NCBI GenBank assembly: GCA_965215505.1
Contig: OZ244065.1
Coordinates: forward strand, 1,280,001 to 1,344,000
Direction: 5' to 3'
Source of the DNA: Capsulimonadaceae bacterium
GTDB lineage: Bacteria; Armatimonadota; Armatimonadia; Armatimonadales; Capsulimonadaceae
DNA: 64,000 nt
The position numbers and the translations under genes were made by a program. Each line of letters starts with the position of its first letter. Position 1 is the stretch's first letter. The notes below the pieces were generated by a model. That model made no database searches, was not told the DNA's origin, and was given only the letters and a program-made list of their open reading frames with translations. Shown one piece after another: positions 19,304-31,200 of the stretch.

Positions 19304-20385
19304 CGCGCCTCCTGATGACGGGCGACGCGGTCGGCGGCGTCTGGACTTATGCCCTGGACCTCGCCCGCGCGCTGGCTCCGCATGGCGTCTCGGTCGCACT
19401 CGCCACGATGGGGCCGCCGCCGACCCCAGCACAGCGCGATGAGGCCGCCGCCGTGCCCGGCCTGACCCTGCACCCGTCTTCCTTCGCCCTGGAATGGATG
19501 CCTGCCCCCTGGGAGGACGTCGCCCGCGCCGGGGACTGGCTGCGGGGTCTGGAAGATGACTTGCGGCCGGACCTCATCCACCTGAACGGCTACGCCCATG
19601 GCGCTCTGCCCTGGCGCGCGCCCGTGCTGGTGGCGGGTCACTCGTGCGTCCTGTCGTGGTGGCGGGCCGTCCACGGTGAGGACGCCCCGCCCGCCTGGGA
19701 CCGCTATCGAGCGGAGGTCCGGTGCGGGCTGCGGGCGGCGGGCCGTGTGGTCGCCCCGACGCGGGCGATTCTGGACGCGCTCCAAACGCTGTACGGCCCG
19801 TTCGCCGCCGGGCAGGTCGTCCCGAACGGCCGAAACCCGGCCGCCTTCGCGCCCGGCGAGAAACAGCCGTTCGTTTTCAGCGCCGGGCGGCTCTGGGACG
19901 AGGCCAAGAACATCGGCGCGCTGGACGCAGCGGCGCGCGGGCTGGCCTGGCCGGTCCTGGTCGCGGGAGACACGGCGCACCCCAGCGGCCAGACGGTGAC
20001 GCCCGCCCATGTGCGGCTCCTCGGCTGCCTGACGCCGGCCCAGATCGCCGGGCGGCTGGCGCGGGCCGCCATCTACGCCCTCCCCGCGCGCTATGAGCCG
20101 TTCGGCCTGTCGGCCCTGGAGGCCGGGCTATCCGGCTGCGCCCTCGTGCTGGGCGACATCCCGAGCCTGCGCGAAGTCTGGGGTGAGGCGGCCCTGTTCG
20201 TCCCGCCGGATGATCCTGATGCCCTGCGCGGCGCGCTCTGCCGCCTCATCCAGGACGAGTGCCTGCGCGCTGCGATGAGAGAGCGCGCCCGCTCCCGCGC
20301 GCAGACCTACACGTTGGAGCGCATGGCCGGGGGCTATTTAGCTGCCTATTGGGCGCTGCTTCAGGAGAATGCCGTTTGCGCCTAG
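19300..20385 (+). CDS. glycosyltransferase family 4
   Basis: DAVGGVW, YEPFGLSALEA; GTG start overlapping upstream stop. Confidence 0.9.
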   Translation: MTRLLMTGDAVGGVWTYALDLARALAPHGVSVALATMGPPPTPAQRDEAAAVPGLTLHPSSFALEWMPAPWEDVARAGDWLRGLEDDLRPDLIHLNGYAHGALPWRAPVLVAGHSCVLSWWRAVHGEDAPPAWDRYRAEVRCGLRAAGRVVAPTRAILDALQTLYGPFAAGQVVPNGRNPAAFAPGEKQPFVFSAGRLWDEAKNIGALDAAARGLAWPVLVAGDTAHPSGQTVTPAHVRLLGCLTPAQIAGRLARAAIYALPARYEPFGLSALEAGLSGCALVLGDIPSLREVWGEAALFVPPDDPDALRGALCRLIQDECLRAAMRERARSRAQTYTLERMAGGYLAAYWALLQENAVCA

Positions 20386-21461
20386 TCTATTTCACCCATT
20401 CACTGCTGTCTGACTGGAACCACGGTAACGCCCACTTCCTGCGCGGCGTGCTGTCCGAATTGCAGGCGCGCGGCCATGACGTGCGCGTGTACGAGCCGGA
20501 GAACGCCTGGAGCCTGCAAAACCTGCTCGCCGACGCCGGGCCGTCCGCCGTGGGGGGCTTCCGGGAGGCGTACCCGGCGCTCGACAGCACCCGATACGAT
20601 CTGCGGACGATCCGCCTGGATGCGGCTCTTGACGGCGCAGACCTGGTGATCGTCCACGAGTGGAACGCGCATGCCCTCGTCCACCGCATCGGCGCACACC
20701 GGGCGCGCGTGGGCGGCTACAGACTGCTGTTCCATGACACGCACCACCGGGCCGTCACTGACCGCAAGGGCATGGCGGCCTATGACCTGAGCCGCTATGA
20801 CGGCGTCCTGGCCTTCGGGAATGTCATCCGCGACCTGTACCTCAGCGCCCGCTGGGCCAGGCGGGCCTGGACCTGGCACGAGGCCGCGGACACGCGCGTT
20901 TTCCACCCGATCTCAGGCGTCGCGAAAGAAGGCGCCCTGGTCTGGATCGGCAACTGGGGCGATGACGAGCGCACCCAGGAACTGCACGAATTCCTTCTAG
21001 GGCCAGTCCACGACTTGCGCCTGAAGGCGCGCGTTCACGGCGTCCGCTATCCGGCGGCGGCGAAGAAGGCGCTCGCCGAGGCCGGCATCGAGTACGCCGG
21101 CTGGCTGCCCAACTACCGGGCACCGGAGGTGTTCGCCAGGTACAGGATGACGGTCCACGTCCCGCGCCGACCGTACACGCGCGCCCTGCCCGGCATCCCG
21201 ACGATCCGCATCTTTGAGGCGCTGGCCTGCGGCATCCCGCTGATCTCTGCGCCCTGGGACGACGCCGAAGGGCTGTTCACGCCCGGCAGAGACTTCCTGG
21301 TCGCCCGCGACGGGGCGGAGATGCGGGCGCAGATGGCGGCCCTGCTGGCGGATGAAGGACTGGCGGCGGCGGTGGCAGCGCACGGGCTGGAAACCATCAA
21401 AGCGCGGCACACCTGCGCGCACCGGGTGGATGAGCTGCTGGGCATCTGGAACGACCTATGA
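20376..21461 (+). CDS. CgeB-family glycosyltransferase
   Basis: SDWNHGNAHFLRG, IRIFEALACG, HTCAHRV; TTG start. Confidence 0.85.
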   Translation: MRLVYFTHSLLSDWNHGNAHFLRGVLSELQARGHDVRVYEPENAWSLQNLLADAGPSAVGGFREAYPALDSTRYDLRTIRLDAALDGADLVIVHEWNAHALVHRIGAHRARVGGYRLLFHDTHHRAVTDRKGMAAYDLSRYDGVLAFGNVIRDLYLSARWARRAWTWHEAADTRVFHPISGVAKEGALVWIGNWGDDERTQELHEFLLGPVHDLRLKARVHGVRYPAAAKKALAEAGIEYAGWLPNYRAPEVFARYRMTVHVPRRPYTRALPGIPTIRIFEALACGIPLISAPWDDAEGLFTPGRDFLVARDGAEMRAQMAALLADEGLAAAVAAHGLETIKARHTCAHRVDELLGIWNDL

Positions 21462-22531
21462 ACATCGCCTTCTTCGGCTCCAGCCTCGTGTCCGCTTACT
21501 GGAACGGGGCGGCCACTTATTACCGGGGCGTCATCCGGGCCATGCACGAACGCGGGCACCGGGTCACGTTCTATGAGCCGGACGCTTATGAGCGTCAGCA
21601 GCACCGGGACATGGCCGACCCCGCCTGGGCGCGCGTCGTGGTCTACGCCGGGGAGGGCGAGGCGGGCGTCCGGGCCGCCCTGGAAGACGCGCGCGGGGCT
21701 GATTTGGTGGTGAAGGCCAGCGGCGTCGGCGTTTTCGACGGACTGCTGGAAGCCGCCGTCTTGGACCTGAAGCGCCCCGACACCCTGGTCGCCTTTTGGG
21801 ACGTGGACGCGCCCGCGACACTGGAACGGGTACAGGGGGGCCCGCGCGACCCGTTCCGGCCATTGATTCCGCGCTATGACCTGGTCCTGACTTATGGCGG
21901 CGGCAGCCCCGTCGTGGAGGCATACCGGGCGCTGGGGGCGCGCGAGTGCGTCCCCATCTATAATGCGCTGGACCCGCACACGCACCACCCTGTCGCGCCG
22001 GATGAACGCTTCGCGGCCACGCTGGGCTTTCTGGGGAACCGCCTGCCGGACCGGGAGGCGCGGGTCGAGGAGTTCTTCCTGAAGGCCGCCGCACGGCTGC
22101 CCGATGCGCGGTTCCTGCTCGGCGGGAGCGGCTGGGGGGACAAGGCGATGTCTCCCAATGTCGGGTATGTCGGCCACGTCTACACGCAGGACCATAACGC
22201 CTTCAACTGCACCCCGCGCGCCGTACTGAACGTCAGCCGCGACTCGATGGCGCGGTACGGCTTTTCGCCCGCCACACGGGTCTTTGAGGCGGCGGGAGCG
22301 GGAGCGTGCCTCATCACGGACGCCTGGGAAGGCATCGAGGTGTTCTTCGCGCCTGGACGGGAGATACTGGTGGCGCGCGACGGGGAGGAAGTCGCACGGA
22401 TCGTCCGGGACCTGACGGCGGAGCGGGCGGGCGCGATCGGAAGGGCCGCCCTGGCGCGGGTGCTGGCGGAACACACCTACGCCCACCGGGTCGCGCAGCT
22501 CGAGTCGGTTTTGGAGGCGGCACGGCAATGA
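21458..22531 (+). CDS. CgeB-family glycosyltransferase
   Basis: SAYWNGAATYYRG, TRVFEAAGAG, HTYAHRV. Confidence 0.85.
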   Translation: MNIAFFGSSLVSAYWNGAATYYRGVIRAMHERGHRVTFYEPDAYERQQHRDMADPAWARVVVYAGEGEAGVRAALEDARGADLVVKASGVGVFDGLLEAAVLDLKRPDTLVAFWDVDAPATLERVQGGPRDPFRPLIPRYDLVLTYGGGSPVVEAYRALGARECVPIYNALDPHTHHPVAPDERFAATLGFLGNRLPDREARVEEFFLKAAARLPDARFLLGGSGWGDKAMSPNVGYVGHVYTQDHNAFNCTPRAVLNVSRDSMARYGFSPATRVFEAAGAGACLITDAWEGIEVFFAPGREILVARDGEEVARIVRDLTAERAGAIGRAALARVLAEHTYAHRVAQLESVLEAARQ

Positions 22532-23613
22532 ATTCCCCTCTGCGTATCGTCATCCTGGGCCTGTCCATCACGTCATCCTGGGGCAACGGTCACGCGACGA
22601 CGTTTCGAGGGCTGGTGCGCGAACTTGCCGCGCGCGGGCATGACGTTCTGTTCCTGGAGCGGGACGTTCCCTGGTATGCCTCGAACCGCGACATGCCCCA
22701 CCCTCCCTACGGGCGGACGGAGCTATACGACAGCCTCGACGACATTGATGAGCGGTTCGCCCCGGACGTCCGCGAGGCGGACGCGGTCATCGTCGGCTCG
22801 TATGTCCCCGAAGGCGTCGCCGTTGGGTCATGGGTGCAGCAGACGGCGCGCGGCATCAAAGCCTTCTATGACATAGACACGCCCGTGACTCTGGCGAAAC
22901 TGGCGCGGGGCGACTACGAGTACATCTCGCCCGCTCTAATTCCCGGCTATGACCTGTACTTATCCTTCGCAGGTGGCTCGGCGCTGACGCGGTTGGAACG
23001 GGATTATGGCTCGCCGCGCGCGCTCCCGTTCTACTGCTCAGTAGACCCCGCCCTCTATGCGCCCGAAGACGCCGCCCCGGAGTGGGACCTGGGCTACATG
23101 GGGACCTACAGCGACGACCGGCAGCCGCCCCTGGACCGGCTGCTGATCGAGCCGGCCCGGCAGTGGCCCGATGGCCGCTTCGTCGTGGCCGGGCCGCAGT
23201 ATCCCGCCCCGATTGAATGGCCGCCGAACGTCGCCCGCATCGAACACCTGCCGCCCGCAGAACACCGGACGTTCTACAACAAGCAGCAGTGGACCCTGAA
23301 CATCACGCGGGCGGACATGGTGGCGGTGGGCTACTCGCCGAGCGTCCGGCTATTCGAGGCCGCCGCCTGCGGCGTCCCCATCCTGAGCGACTACTGGGAG
23401 GGGCTGGAAACATTCTTCGCGCTGGGCACGGAGATCGTGGTCACGCGGTCGTCCGGGGACACGCTGCACGCCCTGCGCGAGACGCCCGAGGCAGAGCGGC
23501 GGCAGATCGGGGCGCGGGCGCGAGCGCGCGTCCTGACCGCGCACACGGCCGCCCACCGGGCGGCGGAACTGGAAGGCTATTTGACCGAGGCAAAGGGAAC
23601 GACGACCCCATGA
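22528..23613 (+). CDS. CgeB-family glycosyltransferase
   Basis: SSWGNGHATTFRG, SVRLFEAAACG, HTAAHRA. Confidence 0.85.
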   Translation: MNSPLRIVILGLSITSSWGNGHATTFRGLVRELAARGHDVLFLERDVPWYASNRDMPHPPYGRTELYDSLDDIDERFAPDVREADAVIVGSYVPEGVAVGSWVQQTARGIKAFYDIDTPVTLAKLARGDYEYISPALIPGYDLYLSFAGGSALTRLERDYGSPRALPFYCSVDPALYAPEDAAPEWDLGYMGTYSDDRQPPLDRLLIEPARQWPDGRFVVAGPQYPAPIEWPPNVARIEHLPPAEHRTFYNKQQWTLNITRADMVAVGYSPSVRLFEAAACGVPILSDYWEGLETFFALGTEIVVTRSSGDTLHALRETPEAERRQIGARARARVLTAHTAAHRAAELEGYLTEAKGTTTP

Positions 23614-24575
23614 GTTTGGCAGAGCCTATGATCTCGGGAGAGGACGATCTGGCCTCCGGGTGGCGGCACATCGCCCCGCACCTCCCCACCGACCTGAACG
23701 GCTGGCGCGCGCTCGACATCGGCTGCGGTGCCGGGTCACACTCGTTCGAGCTGGCGCGGCGGGGCGCACGGGTGACGGGGATCGATACGGATGGGGACCA
23801 TCTCGCCCTCGCGCGTCAGGCATCAGAACGGCTGGGGCTTGCGGCGCGGACCGAGTTCCGGCAGATGCAGGTCTATGACCTGGCCTCGACATGGGAGACG
23901 TATGACTTAGTGCTGTACAGGGGCGACCTCCACCGCCTGCGCTACCCATTGCTCGCCCTGGACATCGCCGCGCGGAAGGCGAAAAGGCTGTTCGTCTTTC
24001 AGGCCCCGGCGGAGGAGGATGAAGCCCTACTGCGCTCCAGCGGGCTGCGTGTCACAGCCCGGCTTGATACCGGAACCTACCTCTGTGAGCCGGACAGGTC
24101 AGGCACCCAGTACGCGGCGGAGTTCGAGGCGGCGACCGGCCTGGGCGCGCGCCTGACGAAGACACTGCACTTCCGGCACTGCTGGGTGAACACCACTTTG
24201 GGCTATACCGAGACATGCTATCACGACGGCACCCGCGTTCCCGCCGTGCCCGGCGGCGGCGACGAATACCGGGCGAAGGCCGCCGAGTTCGGCTACGGCG
24301 ACGACACCGCCGCCCTGTCGCGCGAGCATGAGATATTGCACACGTTCCTGGCGGAAGCCCTGGGCTACGGCACCTCCCCCACCCTCTGGGCCGTCGCGCA
24401 CGGCCAGCAGGGCGGCGTCGCCCCATATTGGGAACAGCTAGAAGAAGAAGCCTGGACCCTGGCGTTCCAGGTCTACCTGCACGGCGGCCCCCACACCGAA
24501 CCTCTGCACCGGTTCACCGACGCCGGGATTGATCTGGAGACGCTGCGCGAGGAAGCGCGGCGGCGGCTGCGCTAG
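23610..24575 (+). CDS. class I SAM methyltransferase (TIGR04290-like, shortened) fused to an unknown HExxH domain
   Basis: ALDIGCGAG, LRYPLLALD, LLRSSG; C-terminal REHEILHT. Confidence 0.7.
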   Translation: MSLAEPMISGEDDLASGWRHIAPHLPTDLNGWRALDIGCGAGSHSFELARRGARVTGIDTDGDHLALARQASERLGLAARTEFRQMQVYDLASTWETYDLVLYRGDLHRLRYPLLALDIAARKAKRLFVFQAPAEEDEALLRSSGLRVTARLDTGTYLCEPDRSGTQYAAEFEAATGLGARLTKTLHFRHCWVNTTLGYTETCYHDGTRVPAVPGGGDEYRAKAAEFGYGDDTAALSREHEILHTFLAEALGYGTSPTLWAVAHGQQGGVAPYWEQLEEEAWTLAFQVYLHGGPHTEPLHRFTDAGIDLETLREEARRRLR

Positions 24576-25985
24576 ATGCCAACATTGAAGGAAAATCGCA
24601 CCGTGGCCGCGCCTTCCCTCTCCCCAATCCGTGTCGGCCCGAGCGGCCGGTATTTCGAGACATTCGGCGGCGACCCGTTCCTGTTCCTCGGCCCGAACGA
24701 CGCGATCTCCTGGCCGGGCCTCGCCGGGCTGTACCGCCGCCGGGACCCGGCCGCCGTGGACGCCTACCTGCAAACTCTGGCCCAAAGCGGCGTCACGGTC
24801 CTGCGCCTGATGCTGGAATACGCGCACCGCGACGGGTGGTACTTTGAGCGGCCCTTCGGCACGTTCAACCCCACCTTGGTCCGGCTCTGGGACAGCCTGT
24901 TCGCGGCCTGCGCGCGCCACGGCCTGCGCGTCCTGCTGACGCCCTGGGACAGTTTTTGGATGTCCAGGCGCTGGCGCAAGCACCCCTACAACGTCCTGAA
25001 CGGCGGTCCGGCCCATTCGCAGGCTGACTTCTTCACCCAGGAACGCGTCATCGAGGCCGCCCTGAACCGGATGCGTTTCGTCATCGAGAGGTGGGGCGGC
25101 GACGGGACGCTGGCCGCGTGGGACCTGTTCAACGAGATTCATCCCCATTGGGGCGGGACGCCCGCCCAGCAGTCCGCCGTCATTACGCGGCTCTCGGACG
25201 GGGTACGGGAGATCGAGCAGAAGACGTGGGGCTTCTCGCGCCCGCAGACCGTCTCCATCTTCGGGCCGGAGCCTTCGGAGGAGTACGAGGCATTGATCCT
25301 GCGTCACCCCTCCCTTGATTTCGCCACAACTCACATCTACCAGGGCGCGATAGACTACCCGCGCGACACGACCGAACCCGCCCTGACGATGGCGGGCTGG
25401 GTGCGTCACGGGCTAGACCGCGTTGCGCCCGGACGCCCCTTCACCGACACGGAACACGGCCCGATTCACCTGTTTAACGACCACAGGAAGATGCTGCCGG
25501 AGCCGTTTGACGACGAGTACGAGCGGCACCTGATGTGGGCGCACCTAGCCAGCGGGGGCGCGGGCGGCGGGATGCGCTGGCCGGCCCGCCACCCGCACCT
25601 GCTGACGTCCGGGATGCTGGGGGCTTTGTCCAGCCTGTCGGGCTTCGCGCGGCTGGTTGACTGGCAAAAGTTCGCGCCGCGCGATGCCGTGGCAGACATA
25701 GCGGTCGAGGCAAGCGGCGTGTGCGTCTTCGGCTGCCGCGACGACCATCAGGCCGTCGTCTGGCTGCTGCACGACACGCGCCTCGGCGGGGGTTCATCGG
25801 AAGGCTTCGGGGAGGTCACGCTGCGCGGCCTTGCGCCGGGGCCTTACGAGGTGACGCCGTGGCGAACGGCGGTTGGGGCTGCCGAGGCAGGTCAGACCGT
25901 TCCGGTCGGCCACGACGGAGAACTGCGGCTGCGGCTGCCTGACGGGGCACCAGACATGGCCCTCGCGGTCCGCCGCGAACGATAA
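24576..25985 (+). CDS. glycoside hydrolase, GH5-like (clan A)
   Basis: WDLFNE acid/base motif, THIY, DTEHG nucleophile motif, C-terminal beta domain. Confidence 0.75.
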   Translation: MPTLKENRTVAAPSLSPIRVGPSGRYFETFGGDPFLFLGPNDAISWPGLAGLYRRRDPAAVDAYLQTLAQSGVTVLRLMLEYAHRDGWYFERPFGTFNPTLVRLWDSLFAACARHGLRVLLTPWDSFWMSRRWRKHPYNVLNGGPAHSQADFFTQERVIEAALNRMRFVIERWGGDGTLAAWDLFNEIHPHWGGTPAQQSAVITRLSDGVREIEQKTWGFSRPQTVSIFGPEPSEEYEALILRHPSLDFATTHIYQGAIDYPRDTTEPALTMAGWVRHGLDRVAPGRPFTDTEHGPIHLFNDHRKMLPEPFDDEYERHLMWAHLASGGAGGGMRWPARHPHLLTSGMLGALSSLSGFARLVDWQKFAPRDAVADIAVEASGVCVFGCRDDHQAVVWLLHDTRLGGGSSEGFGEVTLRGLAPGPYEVTPWRTAVGAAEAGQTVPVGHDGELRLRLPDGAPDMALAVRRER

Positions 25986-25986
25986 A

Positions 25987-26012
25987 AGGGGCGCGGCGTA
26001 AGCCGCGCCCCT
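25987..26012. terminator. bidirectional intrinsic terminator
   Basis: AGGGGCGCGGC-GTAA-GCCGCGCCCCT with A-run and T-rich flanks. Confidence 0.8.
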
Positions 26013-26037
26013 CTTCTGTGTCTACCGCCCTGAGGGT

Positions 26038-27660
<1,623 letters not shown>

Positions 27661-27699
27661 TTAAATCTCCTTAAAAACGTTAAAAGTCAGGCGCAGAGG

Positions 27700-27993
27700 T
27701 TAGGCGCGGACGGCGTAGATCTGGTCTTCGTCCAGGATCATGTATTCCTGGCCTTCCAGCTTCAGCTCGGTGCCGCCGTACTTGGAATAGATGACCTTGT
27801 CGCCCACGGACACGGTCAGGGTCGAGCGGGAGCCGTCATCGAGGACGCGGCCCGGCCCGACGGCGATAACCTCGCCCTCCTGGGGCTTCTGCTGGGCCGA
27901 ATCGGGGATGTAGATGCCGCCGCTGGTCTTGGCCTCGGCCTCGCTGGGCTTGACCAGCACTTTGTCCGACAGGGGCCGGAAGTTGACTGCCAT
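27700..27993 (-). CDS. groES: co-chaperonin GroES
   Basis: RPLSDKV, TSGGIYIPD, AVGPG, KYGGTE; GAGGAGG RBS. Confidence 0.98.
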   Translation of the reverse strand: MAVNFRPLSDKVLVKPSEAEAKTSGGIYIPDSAQQKPQEGEVIAVGPGRVLDDGSRSTLTVSVGDKVIYSKYGGTELKLEGQEYMILDEDQIYAVRA

Positions 27994-28043
27994 GTGAAAT
28001 TGCCTCCTCGTCACATTTCTTAGGATTCGCGATGAAACTGTTT

Positions 28044-28070
28044 TTAGCACTCGCAGGTGTTGAGTGCTAA
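28044..28070. promoter_or_regulatory. CIRCE element (HrcA operator)
   Basis: Exact TTAGCACTC-N9-GAGTGCTAA. Confidence 0.97.
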
Positions 28071-28080
28071 AACCGTTCCT

Positions 28081-28109
28081 ATTCTACTCGTTCCCAGCGG
28101 AATTGTCAA
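28081..28109 (-). promoter_or_regulatory. groESL promoter
   Basis: Minus strand TTGACA-N17-TAGAAT just upstream of CIRCE. Confidence 0.85.
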
Positions 28110-28217
28110 GGACTTGGGGAATGAACTAATCCTAATCCAACCGATTGAGCTTTCAGGGGACGCCCTTGAATTATGCTCTGTTCTCTGATAGAATACGGTC
28201 AGAAAGGGATTGAACGA

Positions 28218-31200
28218 ATGACTACGGAAAATGAATTGACGGCGGCACAGTGGGTTGACTGGATTGCGGGGCAGGTTGCTGTCCGCGAGAAGGTTTACTG
28301 TACAGACCCGGATGAGCTTGTTTCCGCGTACAACCGCGAAGTAAGCTATGCCCGTGACTATCACGGGCGTGAGTTATTGGAGTTATTGCAGAACGCGGAT
28401 GATGCCGGTGTGGATTATGAACACTCCAACAAGGTCGCCATTGTTTTAACACCAGAAGGGCTATGTGTAGCGAACACCGGCAGGCCATTTTCAGAGAGTG
28501 GGGTCAAGTCGCTGATGGTCAGCGACAATAGCCCCAAGAAGAGTGACCGTGCTCAATACATCGGCAATAAAGGATTAGGATTTCGCTCCGTCCTTAGCTG
28601 GACGAATACCCCCTTTATTCTTAGTGGCAACCTCGCCATTGGCTTCGACAGTGACAAAGCACAGGCATGGCTGGAATCTCTCTGTCGTGAAGACGCTCAA
28701 CTGCGGCAACGGGTGGTTAGCCAGATGGAGAGTACCGGGGCAAAGCATCTTGTCCCAATACTAGCATTACCGTTAGTGCTGAACCCAGCAGGAACAGATG
28801 AGTGGATGGGAGCACCATCCTCTGCTTCTGTTTGGCAGGAAGCGCGACAGCTACAAAGAGGCGGCTACGATACGGTTATTGCTGTCCCTTTTACATCACC
28901 CGACGCTTATGAGCAGGCTAAGGAGCAACTAAAAGAAATCGGGCATGAATTTTTACTGTTCACAAAGCACTTGGCTTTCCTCTCCGTCCGCCAACCCGAC
29001 CTGGAAAATACTTGGTGGATAGATCGTGACGACGATATAGTAGGCATCAAATCCCAAGACGAGGATACGCAGGCGTGGCAGGTATTCGAGAAGATAGGTG
29101 ACATCCCGAGCCATCTTTTGAGCGATGACTTGAAAAAAACGCCTAGCTACGAGATAAAAGTGGCAGTGTCGATGGACGACGTTGCAACACCTGGGTTTAT
29201 CTTCAACTACTTCAAAACCCAAGCTCGCTTCCCCTACCCTGTTGTTGCCCACGTCACCTTCGAATTAAGCAGCAACAGGCAGAATATTCCTCTCACACCT
29301 GCCAATCAATACCTAGTGAAAGAACTGGCTGGACTTATGGCAGAGGTCGCTGAAGTGTCTCTCGACTCACACGACCCTTGGCGTTCACTCTCATTCATCA
29401 GCACCGATGCCAGCTTAGACCCTATGCTAGAACACATGGGTTTGTTTGAAGCACTCTGTACCGCCGCTCAAGAACATAAGGTTATTCCAGTACGAAGCGG
29501 CGAGATAGTCAAGCCTTGCGACGCCAAGAATCTCAAAAACTCGGCAGGTTCTTGGTTGCCACCTGCTCAGTTCGGCGACGTAGTTCAATATACCGCTCAT
29601 AAAACACACCAGAATATGCTTCGCTCGTTGAAGGTGCAGACGTTGACTGAAGATGAAATGCGCTCGCGTCTCAATCAAGCCTCAGCGGGTTTGTCAATCG
29701 TGGAGCGTGCGGCCCTCATCACAGGACTATGTCAGTCTCACCTCATGCCGTCTAATCCTGCCCCATCCTTGCTGGTTGATCAGGATGAGCGTCTTATTTC
29801 CCCGCAGCGTCGGGTTTTTCTACCGCCAGGTGAGGCAGAAATTTTCGCTTTACCTAAGTGGCTAGACCTGCGGATGCTGCATAGTCACCTCAGCACGGAA
29901 CTTAAGCAGAGGCTTAAAGTAGGTGCGCGCGATTTGACAGCCGCACTCAATGTTTACACTTTAACTGAATTCTCTTTGACAAATATTTCCAACGCTCTGA
30001 TTGCCGAGACAAATGCGCGTGTAAAAAAAGAGCCGGAGCAAGAACGGAGCTATCGGATTGAAGCCCTGGAGGCAATATATGGATTCTACCGCCAAAGCGC
30101 AGCAGACAGCGGCAGATCCTCTGTCACTACTGTACAAGTACCAACTGCCTCTGGTGGATTCGCCTCAGCAAGCACATTATATTTCAGCAACGAGTTCATC
30201 TACGGCAGATTGAGTGATCTCCTTTACAGGTCGGTCAGTCCTCATCTCGTGATTGCTCCTCTGTCACACATGAACTTGGAAAATGAGGAGAAAGCTACTA
30301 TTGGAGAGTATTTGAAGTGGCTAGGCGTTGCCGACAAACCGCGCCGCGTCACAAAATCTTCATCATACAGTGTAATCCAATCGCAGCGCCTCCCAACTGA
30401 TTACATGAATCATGTCAGACAGTGCCTGGAGTATCCTGCTAAGACCACTCACGCTGACCTAGAGATAACATCTTCGTCTGACTTGCTCCATGCACATTTC
30501 AACGGCTTCACGTCCATAGAACACTTGGAGGAGCTGATTGTTCGGGCTGATCCGCGCGCATTGCTGGCCTGGATAGCCTTGGACGAGCGCATTGAGGGGT
30601 GGCGGCGCGAAGGCGAGACTACGGCAGAAATTAGCGTCACCCCTCCGAGAAAACAACATCCACGGGTAATCAGAGGCCAGTTCATCCCTTCTTACATTCT
30701 TTGGCTACTTGGGAACAAAGAATGGCTTCCTTCCTCTGCCGAAAGGAAGCAAGCGCCCACCCGATGCATCTTGGCGTCCTCGGTTGCTGATGAATTAAAG
30801 TTTATCTTCCCGCGCCCCGCCTTAACGCAAGTGGAACCACTTTTCCAAGAGATGGGCATTGATCATCTCAGCCTTCAAGGTGCTCTTCAAAGAATAGGAG
30901 TTCGGCAGTCGTTAGAAGAACTTACTCAGGATGAGATTTATCAACTTCTATTAGATTTACCTTCGCTCGACCCGACTGGTCAATGCGCTAAGTCACTCCA
31001 AAGAGCGCTTGTTCTTCGTCCCGAGGACATACCCAAGGCAGAGAATCTTGTGAAAGCAAAATTCCTGAAAACAGGAAAGCTATGGGGGGTTTTGGGCAAC
31101 AACGCAGATTATTATTCCGTTACCGAGCTTTACTACATCGGTACGAATGTTGTCCCGCAGGTAGTTGTACGCTCAGTTCCCCACCTGGAATTGGATAAGA

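Noticed and set aside
19300-23613. Three glycosyltransferase genes of identical 1086-bp length as recent duplicates
   Set aside because: Sequences are highly divergent; equal length looks coincidental for GT-B folds
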